A stretch of DNA of 64,000 bases, taken from contig JBNJGY010000003.1 of NCBI GenBank assembly GCA_051748045.1, forward strand, positions 1-64,000. Reading direction: 5' to 3'. Origin of the DNA: Thermotogota bacterium. Lineage in GTDB: Bacteria > Thermotogota > Thermotogae > Petrotogales > Petrotogaceae. Positions 36,169 to 46,859 of this stretch are shown here, piece by piece; position 1 is the stretch's first letter; each line of letters starts with the position of its first letter. The notes under the pieces are model-generated. The model saw only the letters and a list, made by a program, of their open reading frames with translations, was not told where the DNA came from and did no database searches. A program made the translations under genes and the position numbers.

Positions 36169-37071
36169 ATGGAAAAGGTTATTGAAATAAAAAACCTCAA
36201 AAAATATTATAAAGGTATAAAAGCAGTCGATGGTGTTAGTTTAGAGGTTGAAAAAGGTAAAATTATTGCTATTTTAGGACCAAATGGTGCTGGTAAGACT
36301 ACTACAGTAGAGACATTAGAAGGTTTAAGAGAAGCTACTTCTGGTGATATTTATTATTTTGGAAATAAAGTAAACAAGATTTCTCAAGAAATAAAAGAAA
36401 GAATTGGAGTTCAATTACAAAGTAATGCTTTTTTTGAAAATTTAACCGTGAAAGAGATTATTAAAGCTTTTGGAGGGCTTTATGAAAAATCAATTTCAGT
36501 TTCCACTCTTTTAGATAGATTCAAACTCATTGAAAAGAAAAATTCAAAAATTAAAAACTTATCAGGAGGCCAATTACAAAGAGTAGCTCTTGCAGTATCT
36601 GTTGTTAATGATCCGGATATAGTTTTTTTAGATGAACCAACTACAGGACTTGATCCTCAAGCTAGAAGAAATTTATGGGAAGAAATAGAAACATTAAAAA
36701 AAGATGGAAAAACTGTAATACTAACCACCCATTATATGGAAGAAGCTGAAAAATTAGCTGATAAAATTTACATATTTGATATGGGAAAAGTTATAGCTGA
36801 AGGTACCATGAAATCATTGATAGATTCATTAAATATGTCGTCAGTGATAGAGTTTGAAACTGATTCATCAGAAGAACTTAAAAATATATTTAATAATTTG
36901 AAATCTATTGATGAAAAATTTGAGATAGAAACAGATAAAGTAGAAGAAGATTTGATTAAACTTATGGAAACGTCAAAAGAAAAAGATATTTTGATTAATA
37001 ATATTTTTATAAGAAAACCTAACCTGGAAGATGTATTTTTACATTTAACAGGTAGAAGTTTAAGGGAATGA
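36169..37071 (+). CDS. ABC-2 type exporter ATP-binding protein
   Basis: GPNGAGKTT, LSGGQ, LDEPTTGLDP, TTHYMEEAE and NLEDVF motifs. Confidence 0.95.
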   Translation: MEKVIEIKNLKKYYKGIKAVDGVSLEVEKGKIIAILGPNGAGKTTTVETLEGLREATSGDIYYFGNKVNKISQEIKERIGVQLQSNAFFENLTVKEIIKAFGGLYEKSISVSTLLDRFKLIEKKNSKIKNLSGGQLQRVALAVSVVNDPDIVFLDEPTTGLDPQARRNLWEEIETLKKDGKTVILTTHYMEEAEKLADKIYIFDMGKVIAEGTMKSLIDSLNMSSVIEFETDSSEELKNIFNNLKSIDEKFEIETDKVEEDLIKLMETSKEKDILINNIFIRKPNLEDVFLHLTGRSLRE

Positions 37072-37077
37072 TTTTTA

Positions 37078-38214
37078 ATGAAAAAAATAATTAGTCTCAC
37101 TAAAACTCTCACAAAATCTTTATTCAGGGAACCGGAAGTAGTATTTTTCACATTGATATTTCCTGCAGCTATGTTGACATTCTTCATATATGTTTTTGGA
37201 GGGCTTTATGAAGGACAGAGTGATATCCAGGTAAAAGTTGGGGTAGTTTATGAAAAGGAATTAACAGGTTTTTCAGAACAAATATTCAAAAATGTATTTG
37301 ATGGTTTTAAAGAAAATATGAAAAATTCAGAAATAGATTTTTTAGAAAAAAATATTGATATAAATTCAGTAATTAAAGAAGAAAAATATGATTTAATTAT
37401 AAAATTTCCTGAAAATATTAATAATTTGAACTTAAAAATGATGACGGGAATGGGGGATATTGATAAAATAAAATTTTTTCATTCACCTAAATCTCAATCA
37501 ATATTATCTAGAGATATAATGGATTCAGTTTTTCAGCAAATTAACTTAATAATTAATTCAAAAGGAGAACAAATCGAATTAAATTCTCAATATAAGACAA
37601 TTAATTCAGAAAACTCCAATTTTGATTATAAACAATTTATTTTTCCTGGCATTTTAATTATGGCTATATTTACAACTGCTATTTTTAATTTACCAATATC
37701 ATATGTAGCAGATATAGAAACAAAAATAATAAAAAGGATAAAATCTACTCCAGTAAAAGGTTATCAATATTTTATTTCTCTACTCACTTCGAATTTAATA
37801 ATACTAATATTAGCATTAATAATAATTTATTTTGTTGGTTATTATAATGACGTGGAAAATATAATGAATCTTAATTTTATGTTGTTGATTTTATATTATT
37901 TAATTTGTGGTATTTCTTTTGGTTTGTTAATAGCATCATTTTTCAAAAAAATTGCTTCTGTTTCTGTTTTTTCAAATATTATCTACTTTTTAACAATATT
38001 TTTAAGTGGATTATATTTCCCAGTAAAAGATGTTCCTTGGGTTATTAGATGGTTTGTTTACTTCAATCCTGGAACTTATATGGTTGATGGCTTAAGGAAT
38101 GTTCTAAATAACAATAGTTTAGCTTTAAATCAGCTCCTTATTCCAACTATATGGATGATTTTAGGTTTGGTTCTTTTTAGCATTAGTTATAGGAGGCTAT
38201 TAAAAGATGAATAA
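37078..38214 (+). CDS. ABC-2 type permease
   Basis: 1+5 TM topology with a large extracellular loop; FLSGLYFP and FNPGTY motifs. Confidence 0.9.
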   Translation: MKKIISLTKTLTKSLFREPEVVFFTLIFPAAMLTFFIYVFGGLYEGQSDIQVKVGVVYEKELTGFSEQIFKNVFDGFKENMKNSEIDFLEKNIDINSVIKEEKYDLIIKFPENINNLNLKMMTGMGDIDKIKFFHSPKSQSILSRDIMDSVFQQINLIINSKGEQIELNSQYKTINSENSNFDYKQFIFPGILIMAIFTTAIFNLPISYVADIETKIIKRIKSTPVKGYQYFISLLTSNLIILILALIIIYFVGYYNDVENIMNLNFMLLILYYLICGISFGLLIASFFKKIASVSVFSNIIYFLTIFLSGLYFPVKDVPWVIRWFVYFNPGTYMVDGLRNVLNNNSLALNQLLIPTIWMILGLVLFSISYRRLLKDE

Positions 38215-39262
38215 AAATATAAGTTTATTAAAAACATTTATTAAAGAGACTTTTAGCAATAAAGTAGATGTATTTTTTACAATAGCTTTTCCTTTACTAT
38301 TTTTATTTATGTTTGGTATGATTTTTGGAAATACATCAATGGAAGTAGACAATACATTACAAATTGGATTGTATAATTTAGAAACTAAAGAATTAGTAGA
38401 ATTTTTTGATAATTCAAATTTTATAGAAAGTGATAATCTAGATGACTTAAAAAATAATTTACAAAATCAAGAATTAGACGCAATTATAGTAGAGGATGAA
38501 GGATATCAAATTTTTTTAAGAGAAAGTGGGATGAATCCTCAAGAGCAAAATTATATAAAGACTACAATAGATAATGGATTAAAATATAAACAAGTAGGTA
38601 GAAAAGAAGAGTTTTTAAAAGAAGAATTTGTTTCAGTTAGTCTAGGAGATACTGACTCAGGAGAAATGGAATATTTATTAACAGGTATTTTATCTATTTC
38701 TATTTTATCTGGAGGAATGTTTTCAGTTATAGGAATATTTGGAAGATATAAAAAAAATGGAGTTATAAAAAAATTTATGTCAGCGCCTATAAAACCATCA
38801 TCTTTTGTTTTAAATGCAAGTATAAGTAAATTAATATTAAATATTTTTTCAATTATAATTCTAATACTTGCTGCCAAGTTAATGTATAATCTTAATTATA
38901 GATTTGATTGGATAGAGTTCTCTATGATAATTTTAACTTCATCTTTAGGAATGATGGGTTTTGGAGTGATATTATTGATTATATTTAAAAGAATGGAAAC
39001 AGCATCTACCGCTGCATCTCTTCTTTTTGCAATTATGACATTTTTTTCTGGTATATATTTTCCTTTAACCCTTATACCAGAAGGGATTAGATGGATTTCT
39101 TATTTAATGCCTGTAACTTATGTAGTTAATCTAATAAGGCACTCAGCTAATGTAGAAACTATTAGTAATTTTGAATTCATAACAACCAATCTAGTCTTTT
39201 TGGTGCTTGGCATAACATTTTTGATTATAGCCTCTAATAAGTATGTAAAACAAGAAATATAA
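38207..39262 (+). CDS. ABC-2 type permease
   Basis: Same topology; FFSGIYFP and LMPVTY motifs. Confidence 0.9.
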   Translation: MNKNISLLKTFIKETFSNKVDVFFTIAFPLLFLFMFGMIFGNTSMEVDNTLQIGLYNLETKELVEFFDNSNFIESDNLDDLKNNLQNQELDAIIVEDEGYQIFLRESGMNPQEQNYIKTTIDNGLKYKQVGRKEEFLKEEFVSVSLGDTDSGEMEYLLTGILSISILSGGMFSVIGIFGRYKKNGVIKKFMSAPIKPSSFVLNASISKLILNIFSIIILILAAKLMYNLNYRFDWIEFSMIILTSSLGMMGFGVILLIIFKRMETASTAASLLFAIMTFFSGIYFPLTLIPEGIRWISYLMPVTYVVNLIRHSANVETISNFEFITTNLVFLVLGITFLIIASNKYVKQEI

Positions 39263-39290
39263 AAGGGGAATTCTCCCTTTTATATTTCTT
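39252..39290. terminator. Bidirectional terminator overlapping both convergent stop codons
   Basis: AAGAAATATAAAAGGG-GAATTCT-CCCTTTTATATTTCTT. Confidence 0.8.
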
Positions 39291-41691
39291 TTATAATTTT
39301 TTTTGGTTTTTTATAATAATATTTATTTTTAATTATTGCTGAATTATCAAAAAGATAGTTCATATAAGCATACCCAGCGAAGTTTATGTTGTTATAATAG
39401 TTAAAATATTTATCTATTAAAGATCTTGATAATTTATCATTATTTATAACGCTTAGTGGATATTTTATAGATTCAATTTCATATTCTATAATCATTTCTT
39501 CAGAAGTTTCTACCTGCTTGTGTTCTTCAGATCTTTCTCCAAAAACACTACTTTTTAAATCCTCTATTTGTGGTATTTGTCCTTTTTTATACTCAGTCAT
39601 TCTTCTTAAAAGGCTTCTTCTGTTTCTATTTATTTTATCTAAAGATCCAGATTTTATAATTTGTTCAATTAGATTCCTACTAAAATTATTGTTATATGAA
39701 AAATTAAAAAAATCCTCTATAGAATTAATGGAATTATTTTTAAGTGTAGATATTTGTTTATTAGACATCCCATTGATAAAAACCATAGGAAGGATTATAT
39801 TATTTTTCTTATAGAGGCCATTTGGAATTTTGATATCAGGAGTACTAATTGTTATATTCATTATTTTACATTCATTTATTACATCAATATCTAAACCCTT
39901 ATGATTAATATAAGTAAAAAAGAATTTTTCTGGATTATTGAATTTTTGTTCTAGCAACCATTTTAATATAAAAGAGTATGCTATTGAATGTGATTTATTA
40001 AATGAATATTGTGAGAAATTCTCAATTTTTTTAAATAATTCTTCAGCTTTATTTTTACCAATTTTTTTAATTGCATTTGATATGAATTTTGTTTTTAGTT
40101 TTTCAATATCATTTTTTTTCTTTTTTGAAAGTGCACTTCTTAATAGATCAGATTCTTCAAAATTTAACTTTCCTATCTCTTTAGCTAGAAACATTATTTG
40201 CTCTTGATAAACAATTATTCCTTTCGTTTCAGGTAAATATTTTTTTAGATAATTTTCTGAATGAGAAGTTATGTAATCATCAACCATACCACTATCTAAA
40301 GGGCCGGGCCTATTTAATGCAATGGTGATAGAAAGTTCATCAAATGATTTAGGTTTTATTTTCTGAACTATCTTTTTACCTGAGAAAGAATCAAGTTGAA
40401 AAATTCCTTTTGTAAGACCTTTTGAAAATAATTTTAACATATTTTCATCCATATTTTTTTCAAAATTTTCTTTGTAATTTAATTTTTTTAGAAAACTTAA
40501 AGTGTCTAGAGATAATATATCAAACTTTTCTATATTTAATTCTCCTAAATCATCCATTGGCCATTCAATAATAGGGATTTCTTTTTGTTCTAAAGGTAAA
40601 ATTTTATTTAAATCTTTATCAGAGATTATGATTCCTGCAGCATGAGTACTCTCAGCTTGATTGGTTCCTTCCAAAAAATACGCTAATTTAAAAAATTCAT
40701 GATCTTTTTTTGATGAATTTTTAAATAAAATAAAGTTTTCTTTAGTTCTTATAGGAGATTTTAAAACTATTTTTGGTTTATAACCAAGCAATTCTTCAGC
40801 TTTCTTTATAGATGACTTATATTTCATTTTTGATAAAGTTCTAACAAAAGCAACCCTATTTTTACCATAATATTTTTGTAAAAGGCTTATTAATTCATTT
40901 CTTTTTTCAGCTTCTATATCAAGGTCTATATCTGGAAGTTGTTTTCTGTTTAAATTTAAAAATCTTTCAAAATAAAGATTAAAATCTAAAGGATTTATTT
41001 TAGTAATATCTAGTTTATTTGTGATTAAGGAGCCAACAGCTGATCCTCTACCTGGGCCAACAATTATATTATTATTTTTTGATATATCAACAATTTTTTT
41101 TACGTTTAAGATATAATTAGAGACACCCATTTTTTCTACAACTTTAAGCTCTCTGTCAAGTCTAATTTTTTCATTTAGGCTAATTTCTTTTTTTTCTATT
41201 AATTTTTTAATTGTTTCTATATTTCCTAATTTTGGAAAAGAAAATTCAAACTTAGATAAATCATACATTGGGGTTATATTTTCAAAATATTTTAATTTTT
41301 TGTATAATTCTTTTGAATCAGAAAGGGCATAACCTTCTTTTTTAAAAATTTTTTTAAATAATGAATGTGGGTATATAATATTAGAGATATTCATATTTAT
41401 TTTTTTTAGATTCAAGTTTTTATTATTATTATTATTATATGCTTGTATTGCATGAATCATATCTTTAGTATTATTTATAACATAAGATGTATTATAGTTT
41501 TTATAAAGAATAATAGGGGTTATGTTATTGTTTTTACATAGCGAAATGAACCTCATCCAAGATTTTGGATGAGGTTCATTTAATATGATTTTATTAAAAT
41601 TATTCTTTTTAGCGAATGTTATAGTATCATTTAATTGTAAAAAAGATTCTCCAATAGTTCTAGAAGTAATAATAGGTCCTAAAATTCTCAT
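39280..41691 (-). CDS. dnaE: DNA polymerase III alpha subunit DnaE, short form with degenerate PHP
   Basis: GPGRGSAVGSL, FERFLN, PDIDLD, HAAG, KFDIL, RPGP, VYQEQIM and FNKSH motifs; 803 aa. Confidence 0.93.
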   Translation of the reverse strand: MRILGPIITSRTIGESFLQLNDTITFAKKNNFNKIILNEPHPKSWMRFISLCKNNNITPIILYKNYNTSYVINNTKDMIHAIQAYNNNNNKNLNLKKINMNISNIIYPHSLFKKIFKKEGYALSDSKELYKKLKYFENITPMYDLSKFEFSFPKLGNIETIKKLIEKKEISLNEKIRLDRELKVVEKMGVSNYILNVKKIVDISKNNNIIVGPGRGSAVGSLITNKLDITKINPLDFNLYFERFLNLNRKQLPDIDLDIEAEKRNELISLLQKYYGKNRVAFVRTLSKMKYKSSIKKAEELLGYKPKIVLKSPIRTKENFILFKNSSKKDHEFFKLAYFLEGTNQAESTHAAGIIISDKDLNKILPLEQKEIPIIEWPMDDLGELNIEKFDILSLDTLSFLKKLNYKENFEKNMDENMLKLFSKGLTKGIFQLDSFSGKKIVQKIKPKSFDELSITIALNRPGPLDSGMVDDYITSHSENYLKKYLPETKGIIVYQEQIMFLAKEIGKLNFEESDLLRSALSKKKKNDIEKLKTKFISNAIKKIGKNKAEELFKKIENFSQYSFNKSHSIAYSFILKWLLEQKFNNPEKFFFTYINHKGLDIDVINECKIMNITISTPDIKIPNGLYKKNNIILPMVFINGMSNKQISTLKNNSINSIEDFFNFSYNNNFSRNLIEQIIKSGSLDKINRNRRSLLRRMTEYKKGQIPQIEDLKSSVFGERSEEHKQVETSEEMIIEYEIESIKYPLSVINNDKLSRSLIDKYFNYYNNINFAGYAYMNYLFDNSAIIKNKYYYKKPKKIIKEI

Positions 41692-41700
41692 ATAAAAACC

Positions 41701-42624
41701 TCATTTGTTTAAGGTGTTAATAACTGATATAAAGTCTCTTTTTAAAGGAGCTGTTAAAGTTATTCTTTTATTTGTAATTGGATGAAAAAAACTAATCTTA
41801 GCAGCGTGTAGCATTTGTCGATTAGCCCCTTTTTCTCCAACGGTTTTTGAATTATAAACTGCATCTCCTATTATAGGGCTTTTTAAATATTTTAGATGTA
41901 CTCTGATTTGATGGGTTCTTCCCGTTAAAATTTTCAACCAAACTAGATTGTAATTATGTTTAAAAGTTTTAAGCACTTTATATTTTGTTATAGATTCTTT
42001 TCCTCCACCCATTATTGTCATTTTATGTCTTTGATTGGGATTTCTTCCTAAAGGTTTATTTATAAGGCCTTTTTTATTTTTAATTTTACCTTTTGTTATT
42101 GCTAAATAATATTTATCTGTCACTCTATCTTTAAATTGTTGAGATAAAACTTTTTTAACATCTGGAGATTTTGCAATTAATAAAACTCCAGTAGTATCTT
42201 TATCAAGTCTATGGACAATTCCTGGTCTTGTTTCGTCTTCAAAATCATCAGTAAAATCATAATTATACATCAAACTATTAACAATTGTACCCTTTGAAGT
42301 TTTCCCAGCTGGATGAACAATCATATCTGGATTTTTATTTATCGCTAACATGTAATCATCTTCATAGATTATATCTAGTTTAATATCTTCAGGAAGAATT
42401 TTGTTTTCTAAACTGTTAATTTTATCATATTCAATAGATACAACATCTTTATTTCTTAATTTATAGTTTTGTTTTTTGATCCTGTCATTAACTAATATTT
42501 TACCATTTTTGATTGAAGTTTGTATATAAGACCTTGAAAATTTATTAGGAGTTATCTCTGAACAAAAAACATCTAATCTCTTATTAATATTTTCATCATT
42601 TGTAACGATAAATTCTTCTTTCAT
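41701..42624 (-). CDS. rluD: RluA/RluD family 23S rRNA pseudouridine synthase
   Basis: S4 domain, RPGIVHRLDKDTTG, TGRTHQIRVH and RQMLHA motifs. Confidence 0.9.
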   Translation of the reverse strand: MKEEFIVTNDENINKRLDVFCSEITPNKFSRSYIQTSIKNGKILVNDRIKKQNYKLRNKDVVSIEYDKINSLENKILPEDIKLDIIYEDDYMLAINKNPDMIVHPAGKTSKGTIVNSLMYNYDFTDDFEDETRPGIVHRLDKDTTGVLLIAKSPDVKKVLSQQFKDRVTDKYYLAITKGKIKNKKGLINKPLGRNPNQRHKMTIMGGGKESITKYKVLKTFKHNYNLVWLKILTGRTHQIRVHLKYLKSPIIGDAVYNSKTVGEKGANRQMLHAAKISFFHPITNKRITLTAPLKRDFISVINTLNK

Positions 42625-43048
42625 TTTTATTACTCCTTAAAAAATATATAGCTAATAAAACTCCTCCTATACTTACAAAAGAGTCTGCAATATTGAATAT
42701 TGAAAAATAAGGCACATAAAAAATATCTACTACATAACCGACTCTTAATCTATCAAAGATATTCCCCAAAGCGCCAGCAATGATGAAAATCATTCCAAGT
42801 TCAAGCGTAAAAGATTTTATTTTTTTTGTATAATATTCTCTAATGAAAAATAAAAAACTAACGATAATTGATGAAATTATTCCAAGTAGAAAAGAATTAT
42901 TTTGAAACATTCCAAAAGCCATACCTGTATTTTCAGTATAAGTTAGTTTAAAAAACCATATTTCTATTGAATCATTAACAAGATATTTTTCACCAATTAT
43001 TTTAGTTATCTGATCAAATAATATAATTAAAGGAATCAAAAAACTCAT
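42596..43048 (-). CDS. lspA: Lipoprotein signal peptidase
   Basis: DQITK, NTGMAFG, GALGNIFDR, VVD and FNIAD motifs. Confidence 0.96.
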   Translation of the reverse strand: MSFLIPLIILFDQITKIIGEKYLVNDSIEIWFFKLTYTENTGMAFGMFQNNSFLLGIISSIIVSFLFFIREYYTKKIKSFTLELGMIFIIAGALGNIFDRLRVGYVVDIFYVPYFSIFNIADSFVSIGGVLLAIYFLRSNKNERRIYRYK

Positions 43049-43050
43049 AA

Positions 43051-43863
43051 TTAACCTTCTTTTTGATAGAAGAAAGGAGCTACAGTTTTCAATCCTATTT
43101 CTCTATAATTAAAAATTCTTTCTGTAGAACCTACAAATAAAATCCCACCTGGTTTTAAAGCTTCTGAAAACTTTCTGTAAAGTTTTTCTTTTGCAGGGTT
43201 ATCAAAATAGATAACCACATTTCTACATATTATCAAATCATGATCTTTATCAAAACTATCAGTCAATAGATTAAGACGTTTAAACTTCACATTAGATTTT
43301 ACAATAGGCTTAACTCTAAATCTAGAGTCTGAAGTTTTTTCAAAATACCTAGTTCTAAAATTTGGAGAAAGATTAATCATAGATCTTTCTTCATAAACAC
43401 CATTTTGTGCTTTTTTTATAACAAATTTATCAAGATCAGCTGCTATTATATCTGCTTTATTTGATTTTTTCATCTCTTCTAAAACCATTGATAAAGTATA
43501 GGGTTCTTCTCCAGTAGAGCAACCAGCGGACCATAATTTTAGTCTATTAGATCTAGAAAAAAGATCAGGCAGAATATTTTTTTGTAAATATTCCCATTTT
43601 TCAGGGTTTCTGAAAAATTCAGTTACATTGATAGTTAATTTATCTAAAAATTCATCCCATAATAAATCATCATTCTTTAATTTATTAAAATAATCAGGAT
43701 AAGTTTTAAAAGAATGTTTCCTCATCAACATATCAATTCTTCTTCTTACTCTATGTTGTTTATAACCTGTTAAATCCATTTCAAACCTTTTAATTAAATT
43801 CTTCAAAAAGTCTTCATAGTCTTTATCATCATAAGGTGATGAATAAATTATTCTATCAGACAC
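43051..43863 (-). CDS. cheR: Chemotaxis protein methyltransferase CheR
   Basis: TINVTEFFR, WSAGCSTGEEPY and CRNVVIYF motifs; GTG start. Confidence 0.96.
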   Translation of the reverse strand: MSDRIIYSSPYDDKDYEDFLKNLIKRFEMDLTGYKQHRVRRRIDMLMRKHSFKTYPDYFNKLKNDDLLWDEFLDKLTINVTEFFRNPEKWEYLQKNILPDLFSRSNRLKLWSAGCSTGEEPYTLSMVLEEMKKSNKADIIAADLDKFVIKKAQNGVYEERSMINLSPNFRTRYFEKTSDSRFRVKPIVKSNVKFKRLNLLTDSFDKDHDLIICRNVVIYFDNPAKEKLYRKFSEALKPGGILFVGSTERIFNYREIGLKTVAPFFYQKEG

Positions 43864-43878
43864 CTTTGCACCTCCAAG

Positions 43879-44625
43879 TTAAATTTTAATTCTAAATGTA
43901 ATACCTGGTCCATAAGAAGAATAAACTATAAAAATATTTTCTTCTATAGGTATTCTAAAATAAAATGAATCATTATTTTTTTCAAAAAATATTGAATCTA
44001 CATATAAATCTTCTTTTTCATCATCATATTTTAAAATATATTCATCAGACCTTATATATATTTTATCAAATATAGGTAATAAATTTAAATATAAATTTTT
44101 ATAATTCACAAAAATTCTCTTTTCATCACTTATCTGTAAACTTATCCATGAATTGTTTAGCTTGACCCCCAATGAATAATAAGATTCACTAAAATCGTCT
44201 ATTTTAAAAGTAAATGAAGAAATTAGGTTATCATTTTGAAAAAAGATTCCTGTGTATAAATTTCTAAGAGTTAAATATATATATTCATCTATTGTTATTG
44301 TAAACCCATTTGAATTTTTTAAAATAAACATTTCATCTTTTATATATTTCGGTTTTTGATAAGATATATTGAAACCTGGTTGATCGAATTCAAAATAGTT
44401 TATAATTTCATCTATGTTTGAAGTCTTTATAGTTGATTCCTCTAATAAGAAATTATATTTTATGGAAGTCTCATAAATATCTTCGATAGAAAAATCGAAA
44501 ACAAATTTATTTTCGATATTTTCAGTATAATCCTGGATTAAATATTGATCTGAAAAAATGGTGTTAGATAAAACTATAAATAAAATAAAAACTAAATATA
44601 TGTTTTTAATATTAATCACTCCCAT
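43879..44625 (-). CDS. Hypothetical exported beta-rich protein (true start possibly ATT at 44610)
   Basis: Signal-peptide-like KNIYLVFILFIVLSNTIFS; alternating aromatic/hydrophobic strands. Confidence 0.7.
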   Translation of the reverse strand: MGVINIKNIYLVFILFIVLSNTIFSDQYLIQDYTENIENKFVFDFSIEDIYETSIKYNFLLEESTIKTSNIDEIINYFEFDQPGFNISYQKPKYIKDEMFILKNSNGFTITIDEYIYLTLRNLYTGIFFQNDNLISSFTFKIDDFSESYYSLGVKLNNSWISLQISDEKRIFVNYKNLYLNLLPIFDKIYIRSDEYILKYDDEKEDLYVDSIFFEKNNDSFYFRIPIEENIFIVYSSYGPGITFRIKI

Positions 44626-44665
44626 ATAAAAAATTAAAATGGGGTATAAACCCCATTTTAATTTT
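44626..44665 (-). terminator. Terminator after yebC
   Basis: AAAATTAAAATGGGGT-ATAA-ACCCCATTTTAATTTT 16-bp inverted repeat; an extended -10 (TGaTAAAAT, minus strand 44669-44661) overlaps it. Confidence 0.75.
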
Positions 44666-44685
44666 ATCAGATAAACTATTATTTT

Positions 44686-45441
44686 TTAAAGTGATTCAGA
44701 AATTCTTTCAAATTCTTCATCATCAATGTCATAATTTCCATAAACATCTTGAATATCATCATTGTCGTCTAACGCATTTAATAATTTGATTAATTTTTCT
44801 GCATCATTACCAGAAATTGAAACAGTATTTTTTGGAATATAAGTTAGTTCTTCATCAGCTGAGTAACCAGCTTCTTTCAATGTATCTCTAACTTGAGCCA
44901 TTGAGTCTGGGTCTGTAGTAATTTCAACAGGATCACTGTTTTCATCAATATCTTCTGCTCCAGCTTCAATTGCTTCCATCATAAATTCTTCAAAATCTTC
45001 AACTTCTTCTTTTGGTACTTTAATTAATGCTTTTCTTTCAAAGTTCCATGAAACAGCGCCATTTTCAGCTAATGATCCTCCATTTTTTGAAAGAATATGT
45101 CTTACTTCTTGAGCTGACCTATTTTTATTGTCTGTAACAACAGAAATGATCAATGCAATACCAGCAGGTCCGTATCCTTCATAAAGGATTTCATGTAGTT
45201 CTTCACCTTCTAATTCTCCAGTACCTTTTTTTATTGCAGTTTCAATTTTGTCTTTTGGCATGTTTGCATCTTTAGCTTTATCCATAGCAGCTCTTAATCT
45301 TGGGTTCGAATCTGGGTCTCCACCTGCATCTCTTGCTGCTATAGTTAGTTCTCTGATAATTTTTGTAAAGATCTTCGATCTTTTGGCGTCTTGAGCACCT
45401 TTTCTGTGTTTAATGTTGGCCCACTTATTATGCCCTGACAT
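44686..45441 (-). CDS. yebC: YebC/PmpR family protein
   Basis: MSGHNKWANIKHRKG, YEGYGP and TDNKNR motifs. Confidence 0.96.
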   Translation of the reverse strand: MSGHNKWANIKHRKGAQDAKRSKIFTKIIRELTIAARDAGGDPDSNPRLRAAMDKAKDANMPKDKIETAIKKGTGELEGEELHEILYEGYGPAGIALIISVVTDNKNRSAQEVRHILSKNGGSLAENGAVSWNFERKALIKVPKEEVEDFEEFMMEAIEAGAEDIDENSDPVEITTDPDSMAQVRDTLKEAGYSADEELTYIPKNTVSISGNDAEKLIKLLNALDDNDDIQDVYGNYDIDDEEFERISESL

Positions 45442-45452
45442 TTATATCCCTC

Positions 45453-46859
45453 CTAAAAACCTTTTATTATGAGTAAAGTTATATCATCATGTTGTGATGT
45501 ATCCTTTGCAAATTTGTCCACTGACTCTATTATACTTTTAACTATTACATTAGTGTTTTGATTTTTTATCTCTTTCATTACATTTTCAAGTCTTTTTTGA
45601 CCATATTCTTCTTTATTTTCATTTCTTGCTTCTGTAATTCCATCTGTGAAATTAGATATTAAGAAATTATCTTTGTAAGAGATTTTTTCTATATCATAGC
45701 CTAAATCTTCTGAAATACCAAGAGGTAACCCTGTAGATTCAACATAAAACATTTTCTCATCTTTTATATAAGGTGTAGTATTATGGCCAGCATTTATAAC
45801 TTGAACAGTTTTATTTTTGGAATTTAGTAATACGAAAATAGCAGTAACAAACCTATCATTTGGTATATTTTTATTTAAATATTTGTTTAAATAAGTCACC
45901 ATATTCATAAGATCTTTATTTTCTTCTACTTTACTTCTTACAATTGCCCTTAAAGAACTCATTATTAATGCTGCTGGAACTCCTTTTCCAGAAACATCAG
46001 CAACTAAACCTAACACTTCATTTTCATTTATTTTTATTATATCATAATAATCTCCACCAACATCGTATGCAGATCTATAAAAAGCTGCTGTTGATATATT
46101 TTTTATCTCAGGAATTTCTTCTGGTAATAAAGATGACTGTATTTCTCTAGCGAGTTTCATCTGCTCTGTAATTTTTTGTTGTTCAATTTTTTCATCTAAA
46201 TAGTTAATTGTATCAAAACCAAAAGCAATTTGTTCTGTAACCGATTCCATTATTTTTTTATCTGAAGCTAAATAAAAAGAATTATCAGTTTTTCCATATA
46301 ATAGTATAAAACCCCATGTTTTAATCTGAGATTTAATTGGCAATAATAAAAATGATGTGTCATTTCCGTTTATATCATCTTTTTCTTTTAATATAGTTCT
46401 TGGATTATCTTTTGAATTGAAGAGTTCTATCAAAGGATTAATGTCCTGATAATTAAGATCTATTAAATCTAAAAATAAAGGTTTAAAGTCAAGAGAATTA
46501 TCAAAATCTACAAACTCACCTACTACAATATTTTTGAATATTACAGAACTTTTTAATCTTTCTATTATGGACTCTATTGATAGTCTTGGATCTTTATTTC
46601 CAAAAACCAACTTTGATATGTCTAAAATAGTAGTCAATTCTTCGTATATTCTCGAAATTTCTTCATATTGTGCTTCCAACATCAAAGTATTTTCTTCCAT
46701 TTGGCCTTTGTATGTATTAAGTTCTTTTAAATATTCATCTATCAAATAATTGGTTCTTTTTTTTATTATTTCTTCTTTTGAAACATCATCTTTATATATG
46801 TTGAGAGTTTCATTTAGCTTTTTGTAAATTCTCTCATAAAAATTATCTCTATCCATCAT
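45453..46859 (-). CDS. SpoIIE/RsbU-type PP2C serine phosphatase with coiled-coil and GAF-like N-terminus
   Basis: [40 protein letters not shown] and HDDIT motifs. Confidence 0.93.
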   Translation of the reverse strand: MMDRDNFYERIYKKLNETLNIYKDDVSKEEIIKKRTNYLIDEYLKELNTYKGQMEENTLMLEAQYEEISRIYEELTTILDISKLVFGNKDPRLSIESIIERLKSSVIFKNIVVGEFVDFDNSLDFKPLFLDLIDLNYQDINPLIELFNSKDNPRTILKEKDDINGNDTSFLLLPIKSQIKTWGFILLYGKTDNSFYLASDKKIMESVTEQIAFGFDTINYLDEKIEQQKITEQMKLAREIQSSLLPEEIPEIKNISTAAFYRSAYDVGGDYYDIIKINENEVLGLVADVSGKGVPAALIMSSLRAIVRSKVEENKDLMNMVTYLNKYLNKNIPNDRFVTAIFVLLNSKNKTVQVINAGHNTTPYIKDEKMFYVESTGLPLGISEDLGYDIEKISYKDNFLISNFTDGITEARNENKEEYGQKRLENVMKEIKNQNTNVIVKSIIESVDKFAKDTSQHDDITLLIIKGF

